IMG/VR virus record: IMGVR_UViG_3300036394_000008
Span: 1-63,590 of that record
Reading direction: 5' to 3' (one strand)
Length of the DNA stretch: 63,590 nucleotides
From: a virus
Taxonomy: Duplodnaviria > Caudoviricetes
Below the pieces are notes generated by a model, which was not told the DNA's origin, ran no database searches, and worked only from the letters and a program-made list of their open reading frames with translations. The position numbers were made by a program, and so were the translations under genes. Below, one piece after another: positions 9,732 through 19,155 of this stretch (position 1 is its first letter; the number at the start of each line of letters is the position of its first letter).

Positions 9732-10168
9732 GCCCGGGTTCCGACGAACTTATCGACCTGGTCGCGGACCCAGGTCACGCCCGGGTTCATGTAGAGTTTG
9801 ATGGCATTGGCGCGCGAGAACTCAGCAGGCTCCTCGTTGTTTGTGCCATCGAGCCAGCCCTGCGGAACGCCCGACCAGCCGGTTGTGCACGACGCCAGGA
9901 TTTCGGCGCCCTTCAGGCGCTGTTCGGCCGAGGAGAACTTCGCACCCTCGGTCATGTTCGCCATCGTCTCGTCCCGGTTGGCCTCTTCGGCCTGAATGAA
10001 GGTGTTGCTGTCCTTCCCGAGGAGCATGATGGAGACGTTCTGCTTTTCGTCCCCCGCGCCCCACTGCAGCGGCGTGCGCTTTTCGGGGTGCAGGACATTC
10101 ATCGGGCGGCCTTCGTTGGCGGCCCGCGCAGTGTTCAGGGAGGTGAGGCTCATGGTGGTGGCTTTCAT
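9701..10168 (-). CDS. Tail assembly chaperone gpG-equivalent
   Basis: Between tail tube and tape measure genes; ILASCTTGW..FSRANAIKLY..WVRDQVDKF..ANF. Confidence 0.85.
   Translation of the reverse strand: MKATTMSLTSLNTARAANEGRPMNVLHPEKRTPLQWGAGDEKQNVSIMLLGKDSNTFIQAEEANRDETMANMTEGAKFSSAEQRLKGAEILASCTTGWSGVPQGWLDGTNNEEPAEFSRANAIKLYMNPGVTWVRDQVDKFVGTRANFLTASPGA
9725..9731 (-). other. -1 programmed ribosomal frameshift slippery heptamer A AAT TTC
   Basis: X XXY YYZ heptamer in the correct phase (gcA AAT TTC) near the end of the gpG-like gene; -1 frame open. Confidence 0.85.
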
Positions 10169-10240
10169 GAAAAAGCAGCCCGCGGCGCGACCGGGGCCTT
10201 AAAGTTGAGGGAGAGAGTGGGCTTCTCGGGCCGGCGCGGC

Positions 10241-10717
10241 TTAGGCGACGGCTTCGCTGAGGACTTCGACGATCTTGCTGTCGATCAGGGCGGCGAAGTT
10301 GCGCTTGATGATCGCGTTCGCCTCGCCGACGTTGAGGCGCTTCGACGAGATCAGGGCGCGGAAGTAGAAGACACTGTCCGTGTCGTTGGCGTCGGCGGCG
10401 TCGGCGGTCTCGACCTTGCAGGCGTAGGAGAAGTCCGTTTCCTCGGCGGCGGCCATTGCGAGCTGGCCGGGGTCGAGCGGGTCATGGCCGGCGACGAGGG
10501 CGATGTCGCCAGCGTCGCGCGTGCCCTTGCGCTTCCTGGTCCGGGCGTCGCCAAGCGCAACGAAGGTGATGGTGGCGGCGCTGTCGCCGAACTCGCCGAT
10601 GCTTTCGAGGGGTTTCACCTCGACATAGGTGAGAGCGGTATATGCGGTCTCGTCATTGGCGGTCGTATTGACCGGACCGATGTAGAACTTGCTGCCGGTC
10701 GTGGCTGCAATAGCCAT
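10241..10717 (-). CDS. Major tail tube protein
   Basis: 158 aa; ESIGEFGD..F.ALGD.R..K.KGTRDAG..D.GQ motif pattern; position. Confidence 0.9.
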   Translation of the reverse strand: MAIAATTGSKFYIGPVNTTANDETAYTALTYVEVKPLESIGEFGDSAATITFVALGDARTRKRKGTRDAGDIALVAGHDPLDPGQLAMAAAEETDFSYACKVETADAADANDTDSVFYFRALISSKRLNVGEANAIIKRNFAALIDSKIVEVLSEAVA

Positions 10718-10784
10718 GGGCGTGGCTCCTTATGGATTTGCGAAAGCCGGCGCCCACTCGGCATTAGGGCGGGCCCTGAGGCGG

Positions 10785-11198
10785 CTAGGCCGTCCAGGGG
10801 ATGGTGATCGGGATCGTCAGCCGGTCCGTTTCCGTCAGGGGCTTGGCCGCCCACGGCTCGGCGGAGACCTTCACGGTCACTCCGCCGCTGGCCATGACCG
10901 TGTCCTTGGCGAAGTGCGCGGCCACGGCGTCTGCGGCCGCTCTCGGAGCGTACAGGCCTTGGTTTCGCGGCCAGACGACGGTGACCTGCAGCAGGCCCTG
11001 ATCCAGCCGGCCGGTCGTGACGCCTTCCCACCGCGGGCGGTTCGGGAAGTCGTCGACGACGAGGTACTTGCCGTCCTCCGGGACCACGAACGCCGGATCC
11101 TGCTCGGGATAGGCGACGGGAAGCGGTGGCGAACCAATCGCCAGGGTCAGGCACCGCGAGATCAGCGCGTCGTAGATCTGCTCCGCGCGCGCCGTCAT
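10785..11198 (-). CDS. Tail terminator-like protein (DUF4128-like)
   Basis: Start ATG 11198 overlaps the upstream stop (ATGA); GLLQVTVVWP..G..ADAVAAHF..G motif. Confidence 0.8.
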   Translation of the reverse strand: MTARAEQIYDALISRCLTLAIGSPPLPVAYPEQDPAFVVPEDGKYLVVDDFPNRPRWEGVTTGRLDQGLLQVTVVWPRNQGLYAPRAAADAVAAHFAKDTVMASGGVTVKVSAEPWAAKPLTETDRLTIPITIPWTA

Positions 11199-11638
11199 CC
11201 GCCTGCCCTCGCCTGTGCTTCTTTCGCGACCTCTTCGACGATGCGCGGCCATTGCTGCGCGGCTAGGCCGACGAAGCGCCGCCCCGCCCTGCCTCGGGCG
11301 CCGTATTCCTGATGACGGGCGTAGTTGGCGGTGTAGGCCGCGGTGATGGTGTCAGTGATCGACGCCGACGCGATGATCAGGGCGACCTGGCCCATGTCGA
11401 AACTGTAGCTGCCCTCGCCGTCGGGCTTGTCGGTCAGGCTGAAGTTCGCGTTTCCAATCGCCGCCATCAGCGAGGCGCGAAGGAAACCGCTGTCCACTGG
11501 CATGTTGCCGCCACGGGCGACCGGCGTCTGGGCGACCTCAAGGACGCGCTGGACGGCCTCGTTGCGGACGGCAAGCTGCCGCTCCTTTGTCTCCCTGACC
11601 CAGGCGCTGACCTGGGCGGAGAACTTGCCCTGCGCCAT
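11195..11638 (-). CDS. HK97 gp10-like neck/tail completion protein
   Basis: PVDSGFLRAS and ANYARHQEYG motifs. Confidence 0.85.
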   Translation of the reverse strand: MAQGKFSAQVSAWVRETKERQLAVRNEAVQRVLEVAQTPVARGGNMPVDSGFLRASLMAAIGNANFSLTDKPDGEGSYSFDMGQVALIIASASITDTITAAYTANYARHQEYGARGRAGRRFVGLAAQQWPRIVEEVAKEAQARAGG

Positions 11639-11883
11639 CAGATTGCGCGGCGGATCTCGAAGCGGCCGACGATCCGCTCGCGCGCGACCTCGTCGCCATC
11701 GAGGAAAAGCTCGCCCTCAGCGTTTCGCTTGGCGCGGATGAGCCAGCCCTCGGCGGCGTTGACCTCCGAGACGTCCTTCACTTCGGCGCCGGTCGAGAGG
11801 TCGAACACATGAAGGTCACCCCGGTCAGCGGGTGCCTCGCCGGCCTTCGCGTAGGTGATTGCCGTCCCTGCGAACGTCGTCAT
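11638..11883 (-). CDS. Hypothetical protein
   Basis: 81 aa, translationally coupled to the neighbouring gene. Confidence 0.6.
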   Translation of the reverse strand: MTTFAGTAITYAKAGEAPADRGDLHVFDLSTGAEVKDVSEVNAAEGWLIRAKRNAEGELFLDGDEVARERIVGRFEIRRAI

Positions 11884-11886
11884 GGG

Positions 11887-12930
11887 TCACCTCAGGTTGG
11901 ACAGGAAGTCGATGCGGTAGGAGACGTCGCAGCGGCAGCGGACGGTCTCCGACGCCGGCGCACCTAGGGAGGTGTCGCCCGGGTACATGAGCCGTGCGCC
12001 GCTGGGCGCGACGAAGGGTTCGCGAAGACCGACAGTCTGGCCGTCCATCTTCGAATGGCTGTGGCGGACGCGCAGGTCGCCGGCATCGCGCCAGGTGCGG
12101 CGGACGTCGCGTTCGTTGATGTCGCCCCGCTCGACGGCCTGGACGTACGCCTCGTGTTTGGCCGCCTGCAGAGCGGTCAGTCCCTCGGCTAGGCCGATGG
12201 TCTCGCCGCGGAGAGCCAGGAGACGGTTCTCGTACTGGACGATGGCCTTTCGAGCGACCTCGGCCGGGACCGGCTTGCCCTCGGCAAGCGCACGTTTGAT
12301 GGACGGGTCGAAGCGTTTGTCGCGCCTCTTCCGGTCGAGGTAGTTGTTCAGCGCTGCGGGGTCGCCTGAGGCCAATTCCTCGCGAGCGCTACCCACGTAG
12401 CGCTCCTGCGGCGCAGACAGGCCCAGGATGCCGCCCGTGCGCCGCCCCGTGGCCTTGTCGATGGCGCCCACGATCCGCAGACCCGCCGTGCGCGGGTTGG
12501 CGCCCCTCTGCATCGTATCGACCAGCACCGTGCGCACCGCCGCGCGCTGATCGTCCAGGATCCGGGTGACCAGACGCGAAGAGTGCGCGCGCAGCCAGGC
12601 CTCCGCCCGAGGGTTGCGCGCATCGAACCGGATCACGAGCGCCGCGCCAGCGACGTCCTTTATCACCGGGAACGTGGCGACTGCCCCCTGCCCGCCTGCG
12701 GTGTAGACCTGCTGGAGCGCATTCAATAGCGGGCCGTACGCGGCCGCATCCAGGTGGAGCGCGGTGATGGCGGCTTCGATGTTGCCCGCCGCAATCGCCG
12801 CGATTAGGCGTTGCAGGTCCGCCGTAGAGCGGAAGTCGTCCACCACATCGAGGAAGGCTTTCGCCACCTCCGGGCCATAGCGGTCCAGCAGCTCGGCGAA
12901 GAGCTGTTCCTGCGTCGGCTTGCGGGCCAT
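11887..12930 (-). CDS. Head morphogenesis / minor capsid protein (SPP1 gp7, Mu gpF family)
   Basis: C-terminal WRDAGD.RVRHSH..MDGQ..F..L.YPGD..E..RCRC. Confidence 0.9.
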   Translation of the reverse strand: MARKPTQEQLFAELLDRYGPEVAKAFLDVVDDFRSTADLQRLIAAIAAGNIEAAITALHLDAAAYGPLLNALQQVYTAGGQGAVATFPVIKDVAGAALVIRFDARNPRAEAWLRAHSSRLVTRILDDQRAAVRTVLVDTMQRGANPRTAGLRIVGAIDKATGRRTGGILGLSAPQERYVGSAREELASGDPAALNNYLDRKRRDKRFDPSIKRALAEGKPVPAEVARKAIVQYENRLLALRGETIGLAEGLTALQAAKHEAYVQAVERGDINERDVRRTWRDAGDLRVRHSHSKMDGQTVGLREPFVAPSGARLMYPGDTSLGAPASETVRCRCDVSYRIDFLSNLR

Positions 12931-12992
12931 GGATCAGCGGCCGGGGCCGCACCTCAATTCGCAGAGATGCAGCCCGGTCATGTCCACGTCCT

Positions 12993-13202
12993 TTAGTCGG
13001 TGAGGTGCGTTCGGACGGCCTCGGCGGCTTGCCCGTTCAAATCGAAGTAGCTGTCGAGCAGGTCGTGGCCCTTGGCTCTCAGGACATCGGCTGCGGTTTG
13101 GTCGCCCCGAAGGACCGCCGCCTGATAGGCTTGACCGGTGGAAACGATGTCCATCCAGACAGCCGTGGCAAGGGAGAGGGACTTGCGATGGTCAGACGTC
13201 AT
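12993..13202 (-). CDS. Small helical hypothetical protein
   Basis: ATG 13202; contains AYQAAVLRGD, similar to 29801..30037. Confidence 0.55.
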   Translation of the reverse strand: MTSDHRKSLSLATAVWMDIVSTGQAYQAAVLRGDQTAADVLRAKGHDLLDSYFDLNGQAAEAVRTHLTD

Positions 13203-13313
13203 CAGCTGGCCTGGCTCTCGGGCTGCGCGGTTGCGCCGTCCCAAACGGATCTACCGTGCCGATACCCTTAAGACGAACTCGCCCTTTTCACCAGACGCCG
13301 TTGCGACAGCTGC

Positions 13314-13652
13314 CTATGCGGCGGCTTTGACGCTGACCTTGTCGCCCGTCGCAGGCACGATCGGCAGGCTCCTCTCGCCTGCAGCGAGATAGAACCCAGC
13401 AGATGTCGCGGTCGTCGCCGCAGTTGCAGCAGCGTCTGGCGCGTTGCCGATCGCCACTAGGACGGCCGACGCCTCTGTATTGACGAGGATCAGGATCTCG
13501 CCCGCCTTCGCAACGCCCGTGGACACGCCAGCGACCGCCACGGCTTCGCGTGCCCGGATCGATCCGATGGCGGGCGCCGGCTTGGCCGTTAGGTTGCCGC
13601 TGGTGACGGCCGACAGGTTCTTCAGCGTGCAGAAGTGAACTTGGACGGGCAT
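13314..13652 (-). CDS. Hypothetical virion-associated protein
   Basis: 112 aa beta-rich; AGGAG-like RBS upstream; within the head-tail region. Confidence 0.65.
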   Translation of the reverse strand: MPVQVHFCTLKNLSAVTSGNLTAKPAPAIGSIRAREAVAVAGVSTGVAKAGEILILVNTEASAVLVAIGNAPDAAATAATTATSAGFYLAAGERSLPIVPATGDKVSVKAAA

Positions 13653-13695
13653 GACCGCTCCTACTTGATTGGCCAGGGCGCCATGCCCGTGGCGA

Positions 13696-14061
13696 TTATC
13701 GCCGAGCCTGAACCCCGTAGAAGACGGCGACCCCGGCCGGCTCCAGCGGAGCGAGAGCGATGATCTTCAGGGTCTTGCCGCTAGCCTCAACCAGCAGGTG
13801 GCTCGTCGCGGGCTCGACCGGCAGCGTTCCCACGGCCAGGATCACGTACTTGTCCGTCGCCAGGATCCGCGTGCCGTCGATGTCCTTGGCCTCGTATTCC
13901 AGGACCGCGAAGATGGCGTCGTGCTCGTCCGGCGGCAGCGGCGTCGGTTTGTGAGGCGGACCGGACGACTTCGGAACTCGAAGCTTCCCGGCCTGGCCGA
14001 ACTCCTCGATCAGCTCATCGGCGTCGGCCTTGGCCTCGTCGTAGTCGAAGAAGTCCGTCAC
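13696..14061 (-). CDS. Head closure / head-tail joining protein
   Basis: ADELIEEFGQ..Y...DIDGTRILATD pattern; follows the adaptor gene. Confidence 0.8.
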   Translation of the reverse strand: MTDFFDYDEAKADADELIEEFGQAGKLRVPKSSGPPHKPTPLPPDEHDAIFAVLEYEAKDIDGTRILATDKYVILAVGTLPVEPATSHLLVEASGKTLKIIALAPLEPAGVAVFYGVQARR

Positions 14062-14591
14062 CAGCGCACCGCTTCGCCGACGAGGGCGTTTGCGCTGGTC
14101 GCGGAGGTCGAAGCGATCAGGCCGGCGACCAGGTCCTGGACAAGCAGCATGACTGGCCGCGCAGCTTCGGGCGTGCCCGAGCCCTCAAAGAATTCCTTCC
14201 GCATCGGGCCGATCTGCTTGGACTTCACCTGGGCCGAAGGCGTGACGACCGGCGTCAGCACGCCCGGCTTCTTCAACTCCTGCCAGGACGCCTCGGCGGC
14301 AGCCTGCTCGACCTCAGTGGGGATGGTCGCCGAGTCAACAATTTCGCCCGAGCTATCCACCACGCCGATGCGGGGCCAGGACTGCGCCTGGGCTCGGCCG
14401 TTCAACTTCGTGCCCTTCCACGGGAAGGACGTGTTCATGGCGGTCGAGCCGCGGCGAATGGCCGGCTCCTGCTTTATCGTGGCGTCATAGGCCGAGAGGT
14501 CATAGCCACGCCCGGCGCAGTACGCCTGGAAATAGGCCAGCGAGATCATAGCGTCCGCGTCGGGCGCGCCGGGGGTCACGATCAGCGCCAT
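14058..14591 (-). CDS. Head-tail adaptor (often annotated DnaT-like ssDNA-binding protein)
   Basis: G..DADA..S....AY...RG; WKG....Q...WPR; IP.EV..A..E. Confidence 0.85.
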   Translation of the reverse strand: MALIVTPGAPDADAMISLAYFQAYCAGRGYDLSAYDATIKQEPAIRRGSTAMNTSFPWKGTKLNGRAQAQSWPRIGVVDSSGEIVDSATIPTEVEQAAAEASWQELKKPGVLTPVVTPSAQVKSKQIGPMRKEFFEGSGTPEAARPVMLLVQDLVAGLIASTSATSANALVGEAVRW

Positions 14592-14776
14592 CAGTCTTCG
14601 AGCTCCACGAGAAGGTCCACGGCATAGGTCTCGATCAGGTGCCGGGCATCCTGGATGCTCCGCTGCATGTGCTCGAGCGCTAGTCGCCGGCCGACGGGAT
14701 CGGTCTCTTCAGCGACCGCGTTCGACATCGTCAGGACGGCGCAGAGCTGCGTCTTCAGCTCTTGGGCCTCGGTCAC
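14591..14776 (-). CDS. Hypothetical protein
   Basis: 61 aa, coupled on both sides. Confidence 0.55.
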   Translation of the reverse strand: MTEAQELKTQLCAVLTMSNAVAEETDPVGRRLALEHMQRSIQDARHLIETYAVDLLVELED

Positions 14777-15204
14777 TTCGGCCCCTTGCCCTTGCGGTCA
14801 ATATTGTCGGACATCCGTTCGGTCGCGGCTGCCATTTTGTCGCGAAGCCAGTCCTCCGTTTCGACTTTGCTGGTCAGAAACGTGGCCATGCTGCCGTCGG
14901 CGTTGATCTGCACGATGGCCACGGCCTCGGCCGCGTCTTCCCGTAGGCGCCGCCGCAGGAAGGTGGCCGCGCTGTCCAACTCCACGACCTTGAAGTTGTC
15001 CGGCCCGATCTCCGGTGTGTCTGACTTCACGTCAGGAAGCGTCAGCCGCCAGCTGCCCAGGTCCTCCGAGGCGATAGCCTCGCACTCAGCGCAGCTCGCA
15101 TGGCCATCGGCGTGCAGGTGTTGCACCGTGCAGCCGCAGTTGCAGACCCAGATTGCCCGGTACTCCTCCGGCTTCGGGAGGTGAATGACGTTGTCGCCGC
15201 TCAT
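14773..15204 (-). CDS. Hypothetical Zn-ribbon protein
   Basis: ATG 15204 (ATGA overlap); CNCGC...CAEC. Confidence 0.6.
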   Translation of the reverse strand: MSGDNVIHLPKPEEYRAIWVCNCGCTVQHLHADGHASCAECEAIASEDLGSWRLTLPDVKSDTPEIGPDNFKVVELDSAATFLRRRLREDAAEAVAIVQINADGSMATFLTSKVETEDWLRDKMAAATERMSDNIDRKGKGPK

Positions 15205-15401
15205 TGGACCGTCACCGGGCTGAAGGCTGAGATCAGGTCCGACCACCAGTGCTGGCCGGTGCCGCAAACGAAGGAGACCGCCTCGGCGAGGTCATCGGTC
15301 TCATCGCCAGCAAGATCGAACAGGTTGGTGATCGGAACCGTGGTCCCATCGGTGAGAAGGGCCAGGCGCCCAGTCAGGTTGAGCGCTTGGACGTCGGGCA
15401 T
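15201..15401 (-). CDS. Hypothetical protein
   Basis: 66 aa, coupled; ITNLFD..GDETDD. Confidence 0.6.
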   Translation of the reverse strand: MPDVQALNLTGRLALLTDGTTVPITNLFDLAGDETDDLAEAVSFVCGTGQHWWSDLISAFSPVTVQ

Positions 15402-15658
15402 CAGTTTTCGCCGGTGGCCCGACTGCGTTTGGCCGCTGCATCAGTCTGCGACGAAGCATCGGCGGGAGCGGCGGTCTTCTCGCTGCCGGCAACCGTGACC
15501 TCGAGCTTGGCCGCTTTGTAGGCGGCCACGATCTCGGGGAAGTCGCCATGGACGACGGCCGACGTGGCGCCTTCCGGGACGCCGCTGAAGAAGCGCGGGT
15601 TCTGGAAGCGCTGGCCGGTCTTCAGCTTCTGGCGCTGGGTGGAGTAGACGATTTCCAT
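15401..15658 (-). CDS. Hypothetical head-associated protein
   Basis: MEIVYS..NPRFF..V.V.GDFPEIVAAY pattern seen in head operons. Confidence 0.6.
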   Translation of the reverse strand: MEIVYSTQRQKLKTGQRFQNPRFFSGVPEGATSAVVHGDFPEIVAAYKAAKLEVTVAGSEKTAAPADASSQTDAAAKRSRATGEN

Positions 15659-15792
15659 TGTCGATCTCTTCTGCAATCTGAATGTCGCGGCGGACCCGCG
15701 GTGGATGATGGTCAGGCGAGCGCGGCGATGGAGATCCCCTTCCCCGCCAACGTCCCGGCCGTGCGGCGCTGACCGCCGGCCAGGAGAGCCCG

Positions 15793-16236
15793 CTATCCGA
15801 ACTTGCCGGCGGAGATGACGGAGACGGTCACGCCGGAGCCAACCGGGTTCTTGACGGCGATGTACTGGTCTTGCGGCTCGGCCGTGTCCGTCAGATTGCC
15901 GGTGAAGATGCCCGTGGCCGCGGTGAGCACGGTCCAGCGCTTCTTGGCCGTGGGACTGGCCAGGATGTATCCGGCGGTGGCGACCAGGTCGCCGGAATAG
16001 GTGTCGGCGGTCAGGTTAAGGCCGGTGGGCAGCTCAGACGCCCAGACGTCGAGCTGATGGACGCCCGGCACGGTGGCGCCATCCTCGTCGGTGACGGTGA
16101 TGGTGATCGCCATGACGTTGTTGGCGCCGGCGGCAAGCGCGACCTTGACCGAGTTGGCCGAGATCCGGGCCGAGAGCTTCGTCAGCCAGTTGTAGAGCCG
16201 ACGAAGAGACTGGGGCGAGCCTTTGGGGAACGACAT
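15793..16236 (-). CDS. Putative head decoration protein
   Basis: 147 aa beta-rich, downstream of the capsid gene; GAGGA RBS. Confidence 0.55.
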   Translation of the reverse strand: MSFPKGSPQSLRRLYNWLTKLSARISANSVKVALAAGANNVMAITITVTDEDGATVPGVHQLDVWASELPTGLNLTADTYSGDLVATAGYILASPTAKKRWTVLTAATGIFTGNLTDTAEPQDQYIAVKNPVGSGVTVSVISAGKFG

Positions 16237-16253
16237 TCGGTGTCCTCACGATG

Positions 16254-16276
16254 AGGGGCGGCCCGCAGCCGCCCCT
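16254..16276. terminator. GC-rich stem-loop
   Basis: AGGGGCGGC-ccgca-GCCGCCCCT perfect 9-bp inverted repeat between genes; no clear U-tract. Confidence 0.4.
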
Positions 16277-16292
16277 GCTACGGTTCAGGCGG

Positions 16293-17159
16293 CTATTCGC
16301 CGCCGTTGTTGCCGGCGCCTTCGACACCGTCGGCGGGCGCCGCGGAGCTGCGGCGGGCCACCTCTGCGGTAATCGCCTCATTGGCCTGGTCGGCGGTGAG
16401 TTCGGCCGCCTCGTCCCCGCTGATCGCCTTCGCCAGCTTGACGCGTTGCGTCCAGTGCAGGTCCGCCCAATCGGCCGGGATCTCTACGGGGGCGGTTTCA
16501 GGGTGGTCCGCAGCAGCCTCGCCCTGCTGGGCGCCCGGGTCATTGCCCGTCGGTCCCGGCGTGGCTTCGGTTTCGCTGACCTGCGCAACGGAACCGCCCG
16601 TCTTGCCGTCGCCGTCACCGTCGAATTTGGCAACCTGCTCGCGGAGCTGCCTGATGTCCTCGTCACGTGAGCTGATGATGAGACGAAGGTCAGCGTTCTC
16701 GTCGTCGGCGCGCTTCAGTTCGCCGGCATGGGCCTCGCTCTTTGCCCTGAGTTCAGCGTTCTCGCTGACGAGGGCGGCGTCGACATGCCGACCGACCTTG
16801 GCCGGATCTTGGCCCACCTCGGCGTCGGATTTGAAGAGGTCGGTTTCCTCGCGGGCAGCCTCCTCCGCTTCAATGTCGGCACGATCGGCCGCAGCGACGG
16901 CTTCCTGCTCGCTCTCTGGCTCGTAGGGGCCGGTGGCGCCGCCGACGATGGCCAAGGCCTTCTCGCGGGGCAGGCCGTCGCGAAGGACGGGACCGTTCGG
17001 GCCGCGTTTGACCGACCAGGTGCCGTCGCCGTTGTTGTGGGCGGTCAGGGCGATCTGCCCGTCCGAGGGACCCGAGATGGGTTGCGATCCGTGATCGGTG
17101 GCGGCGGCGAGCGCGACGAGCGCGCTGGACGCCATGAGGTGGGCGATATGGAGGCGCAT
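16293..17159 (-). CDS. Acidic low-complexity protein downstream of the capsid gene
   Basis: 288 aa; coiled coil, FDGDGDGK motif, C-terminal IPADWADLHW helical module. Confidence 0.7.
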   Translation of the reverse strand: MRLHIAHLMASSALVALAAATDHGSQPISGPSDGQIALTAHNNGDGTWSVKRGPNGPVLRDGLPREKALAIVGGATGPYEPESEQEAVAAADRADIEAEEAAREETDLFKSDAEVGQDPAKVGRHVDAALVSENAELRAKSEAHAGELKRADDENADLRLIISSRDEDIRQLREQVAKFDGDGDGKTGGSVAQVSETEATPGPTGNDPGAQQGEAAADHPETAPVEIPADWADLHWTQRVKLAKAISGDEAAELTADQANEAITAEVARRSSAAPADGVEGAGNNGGE

Positions 17160-17216
17160 CGCGCGACCCTTTCATTCTGCTGGAAGGAGATGGAGGTGGA
17201 TGACGCCCCCGCGTCA

Positions 17217-17240
17217 GACCGGCCCCCGAAGGAGCCGGCC
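17217..17240 (-). terminator. cUUCGg hairpin right after the capsid gene (mRNA stabiliser or attenuator)
   Basis: Minus strand GGCCGGCTCC-TTCG-GGGGCCGGTC. Confidence 0.5.
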
Positions 17241-17250
17241 TTAGCCCCGA

Positions 17251-18264
17251 TCAGCCGTTGGTCTTGATGAAGGCCAGCGGGATCTGCTTACGCTCGTAGA
17301 CCCGGTTCCAGTTGGCCGCCGTCGCCAGCTCCGAGTAGCTAGGGGTGGCCGTGCTCGAGATTTGCGTCCCGGCCACGGCGAAGCCGCGAGGGTGGATCAC
17401 CTCGGAGCGGCGGTCCCACAGGGTCTCGACGCCCTCACCGTTGCCTTGCGCTTCATCGCGGGACACGGCGCTGGGCGTCTTCGGCGTGCCGAAGCCCTGC
17501 CGGAACGCCGCCTCGCCGAACAGGATCGAGGTGTAGGTCTTCCGATAGGTGCCCTGCACGACGGGCATGTCGTCGTCGATGATGACGCGCTTGCCGTCGT
17601 AGGACTGGAACAGCAGCTCGCCGGTCTGCGGATCGTAGTGATCCATCAACGCGCCGATCCGCTGCATCCGGGAGTGGATGAACGAATGGACAGCAATGGC
17701 GCGAAGCGAGCCCTTCGCGTCCCCGAGGGTCTGGGCCGCGTCGATTAGCGTGTCGGTGCCGAACTTCTCCGCGTCGGTGACGGCGCTGTTATCGTCGGTG
17801 GCGATGTTGACCAGCATGTCGCCGCCATCGTTCGCCACATTATCGGCCAGGATGCCCTGGCAGATTTTTAGCAGGGTGGTCTGGTTCACCCCCGCCCAGT
17901 ATTCACCGACCAGGCCGGCGATCACCTGGATCGGGTCGTCGGCCACGAAGGCTGCGGTAAGGTCGGCAGCCGACCAGCCCTGGTTGCGCATCAGCTTCCG
18001 GGCGATCTCGTTGCCGGTGCCGATCTTCTTCGGAACGGCGACGTCGGCCGGGTTGTCCGAGGAGGCGTTCGGCTCGTCATTCGCCGGACGCTTCCAGTGG
18101 GGCATGTTCACCAGGAAGCCCTGGTCAGACATGAACTGGGCGATGGCCGGGTCGACGGCCAGGACGCCGGCGGCCACGAAGGCGTTGCGGCGGGTCGATT
18201 CCAGGACGGTATAGCCGCGATAGTTCTCGCCGAAGACGAGGTCGGTCAGGCGCACAAGTGCCAT
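17251..18264 (-). CDS. Major capsid protein
   Basis: 337 aa after the scaffold gene; AAQTLGD..IAVHS..GKRVIIDDDMP..HPRG..L....NW.RVYERKQI. Confidence 0.92.
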   Translation of the reverse strand: MALVRLTDLVFGENYRGYTVLESTRRNAFVAAGVLAVDPAIAQFMSDQGFLVNMPHWKRPANDEPNASSDNPADVAVPKKIGTGNEIARKLMRNQGWSAADLTAAFVADDPIQVIAGLVGEYWAGVNQTTLLKICQGILADNVANDGGDMLVNIATDDNSAVTDAEKFGTDTLIDAAQTLGDAKGSLRAIAVHSFIHSRMQRIGALMDHYDPQTGELLFQSYDGKRVIIDDDMPVVQGTYRKTYTSILFGEAAFRQGFGTPKTPSAVSRDEAQGNGEGVETLWDRRSEVIHPRGFAVAGTQISSTATPSYSELATAANWNRVYERKQIPLAFIKTNG

Positions 18265-18336
18265 GGCCTAGTTCCCTTTCAAGGAGTGAGCGCGGCCATG
18301 GGGCTCGCGCGGGTGGGGGTGCGCCAGGGTGAGGGT

Positions 18337-19155
18337 CTAGGCGACCCCGGCTTCCGCCTTCAGCCGGCTCGCTAGAGCCGGGTCTTTGGCCTGGATGCGG
18401 TCCTGCTCAGTGAGGTTGAGCTGGTCCTTCTTCCAGGGGTTTTTGCCGGCCGTGCCCGCGCCGCCATGCTCAGAGCCGCCGCCGGATCCGCCGGTGCCCT
18501 TGAGGATGTGTTCTTTGCGGGGGTAGGCGCCGATCAGATACTCGATCGCCTCTTCGAAGTCGGCGACCTCGCCGGGCTTCGAGCGGCTGTAGATCTTGCC
18601 GCCCGCAGCGTCGTAGCCAACGAGCTTGCCGTCCTCGACCTTGAAGTTCTTGCCGAACATCGCTTCGACGACGTCGGCCGGCACAGCGACCTTCTCCTCG
18701 ATGTACTTGGAGCGAGTGAAGCTTCCGCCGATCATCGTGTCGTTGAGGGACGTACGCAGGCCGTCGCGCTCGGAGGTCAGGGTGTTGACCTGGTCGGTCA
18801 GAGCGGTGATCTGGCCCTTGTACTTGTCTTCGGTTGCCGCGATGGCGGCCACCTTGATCTCTTCGACCTTTCCGGCCTGCACCAGATCGCCTGCAGCCAA
18901 GTTGGCCACTGTGGCGATCGCCGCCTTGGCCTTCTCCGGATCCTCGATCCCCTCGAAGGCCTTCAGCTTGCCTTGGGCCTCAGCCAGCTCGGTTCGCCGG
19001 CCGGCCGATTCCGCGTTGAGCGCGGTGATGCGGCTGTTGGCGGAAGGGGCATCGAACCCGACTTCCTTGTTGTCGTCGTGCACGTAGACCGGCAGGCCTG
19101 CGGCATCGAGGACAGCATAAGACACGCCATCGAGCAGGATGGTTTTCAGCTTCAT
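18337..19155 (-). CDS. Capsid scaffolding protein (DUF6651-like)
   Basis: ATG 19155; MKLK..G.PVYV.DD.KE..FD; coiled coil; C-terminal KNPW...NLTEQ. Confidence 0.85.
   Translation of the reverse strand: MKLKTILLDGVSYAVLDAAGLPVYVHDDNKEVGFDAPSANSRITALNAESAGRRTELAEAQGKLKAFEGIEDPEKAKAAIATVANLAAGDLVQAGKVEEIKVAAIAATEDKYKGQITALTDQVNTLTSERDGLRTSLNDTMIGGSFTRSKYIEEKVAVPADVVEAMFGKNFKVEDGKLVGYDAAGGKIYSRSKPGEVADFEEAIEYLIGAYPRKEHILKGTGGSGGGSEHGGAGTAGKNPWKKDQLNLTEQDRIQAKDPALASRLKAEAGVA

Noticed and set aside
6309-10807. Long plus-strand ORFs opposite the tail genes (e.g. 6309..7508, 9680..10807)
   Set aside because: Antisense shadows typical of high-GC DNA; Arg/Gly-rich with no motifs.
11887-12930. Possible MuF polymorphic toxin
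   Set aside because: The protein ends just after the RCRC motif; no toxin extension or immunity gene.
14058-14591. DnaT-like replication protein
   Set aside because: Position between capsid and head-closure genes indicates a head-tail adaptor.
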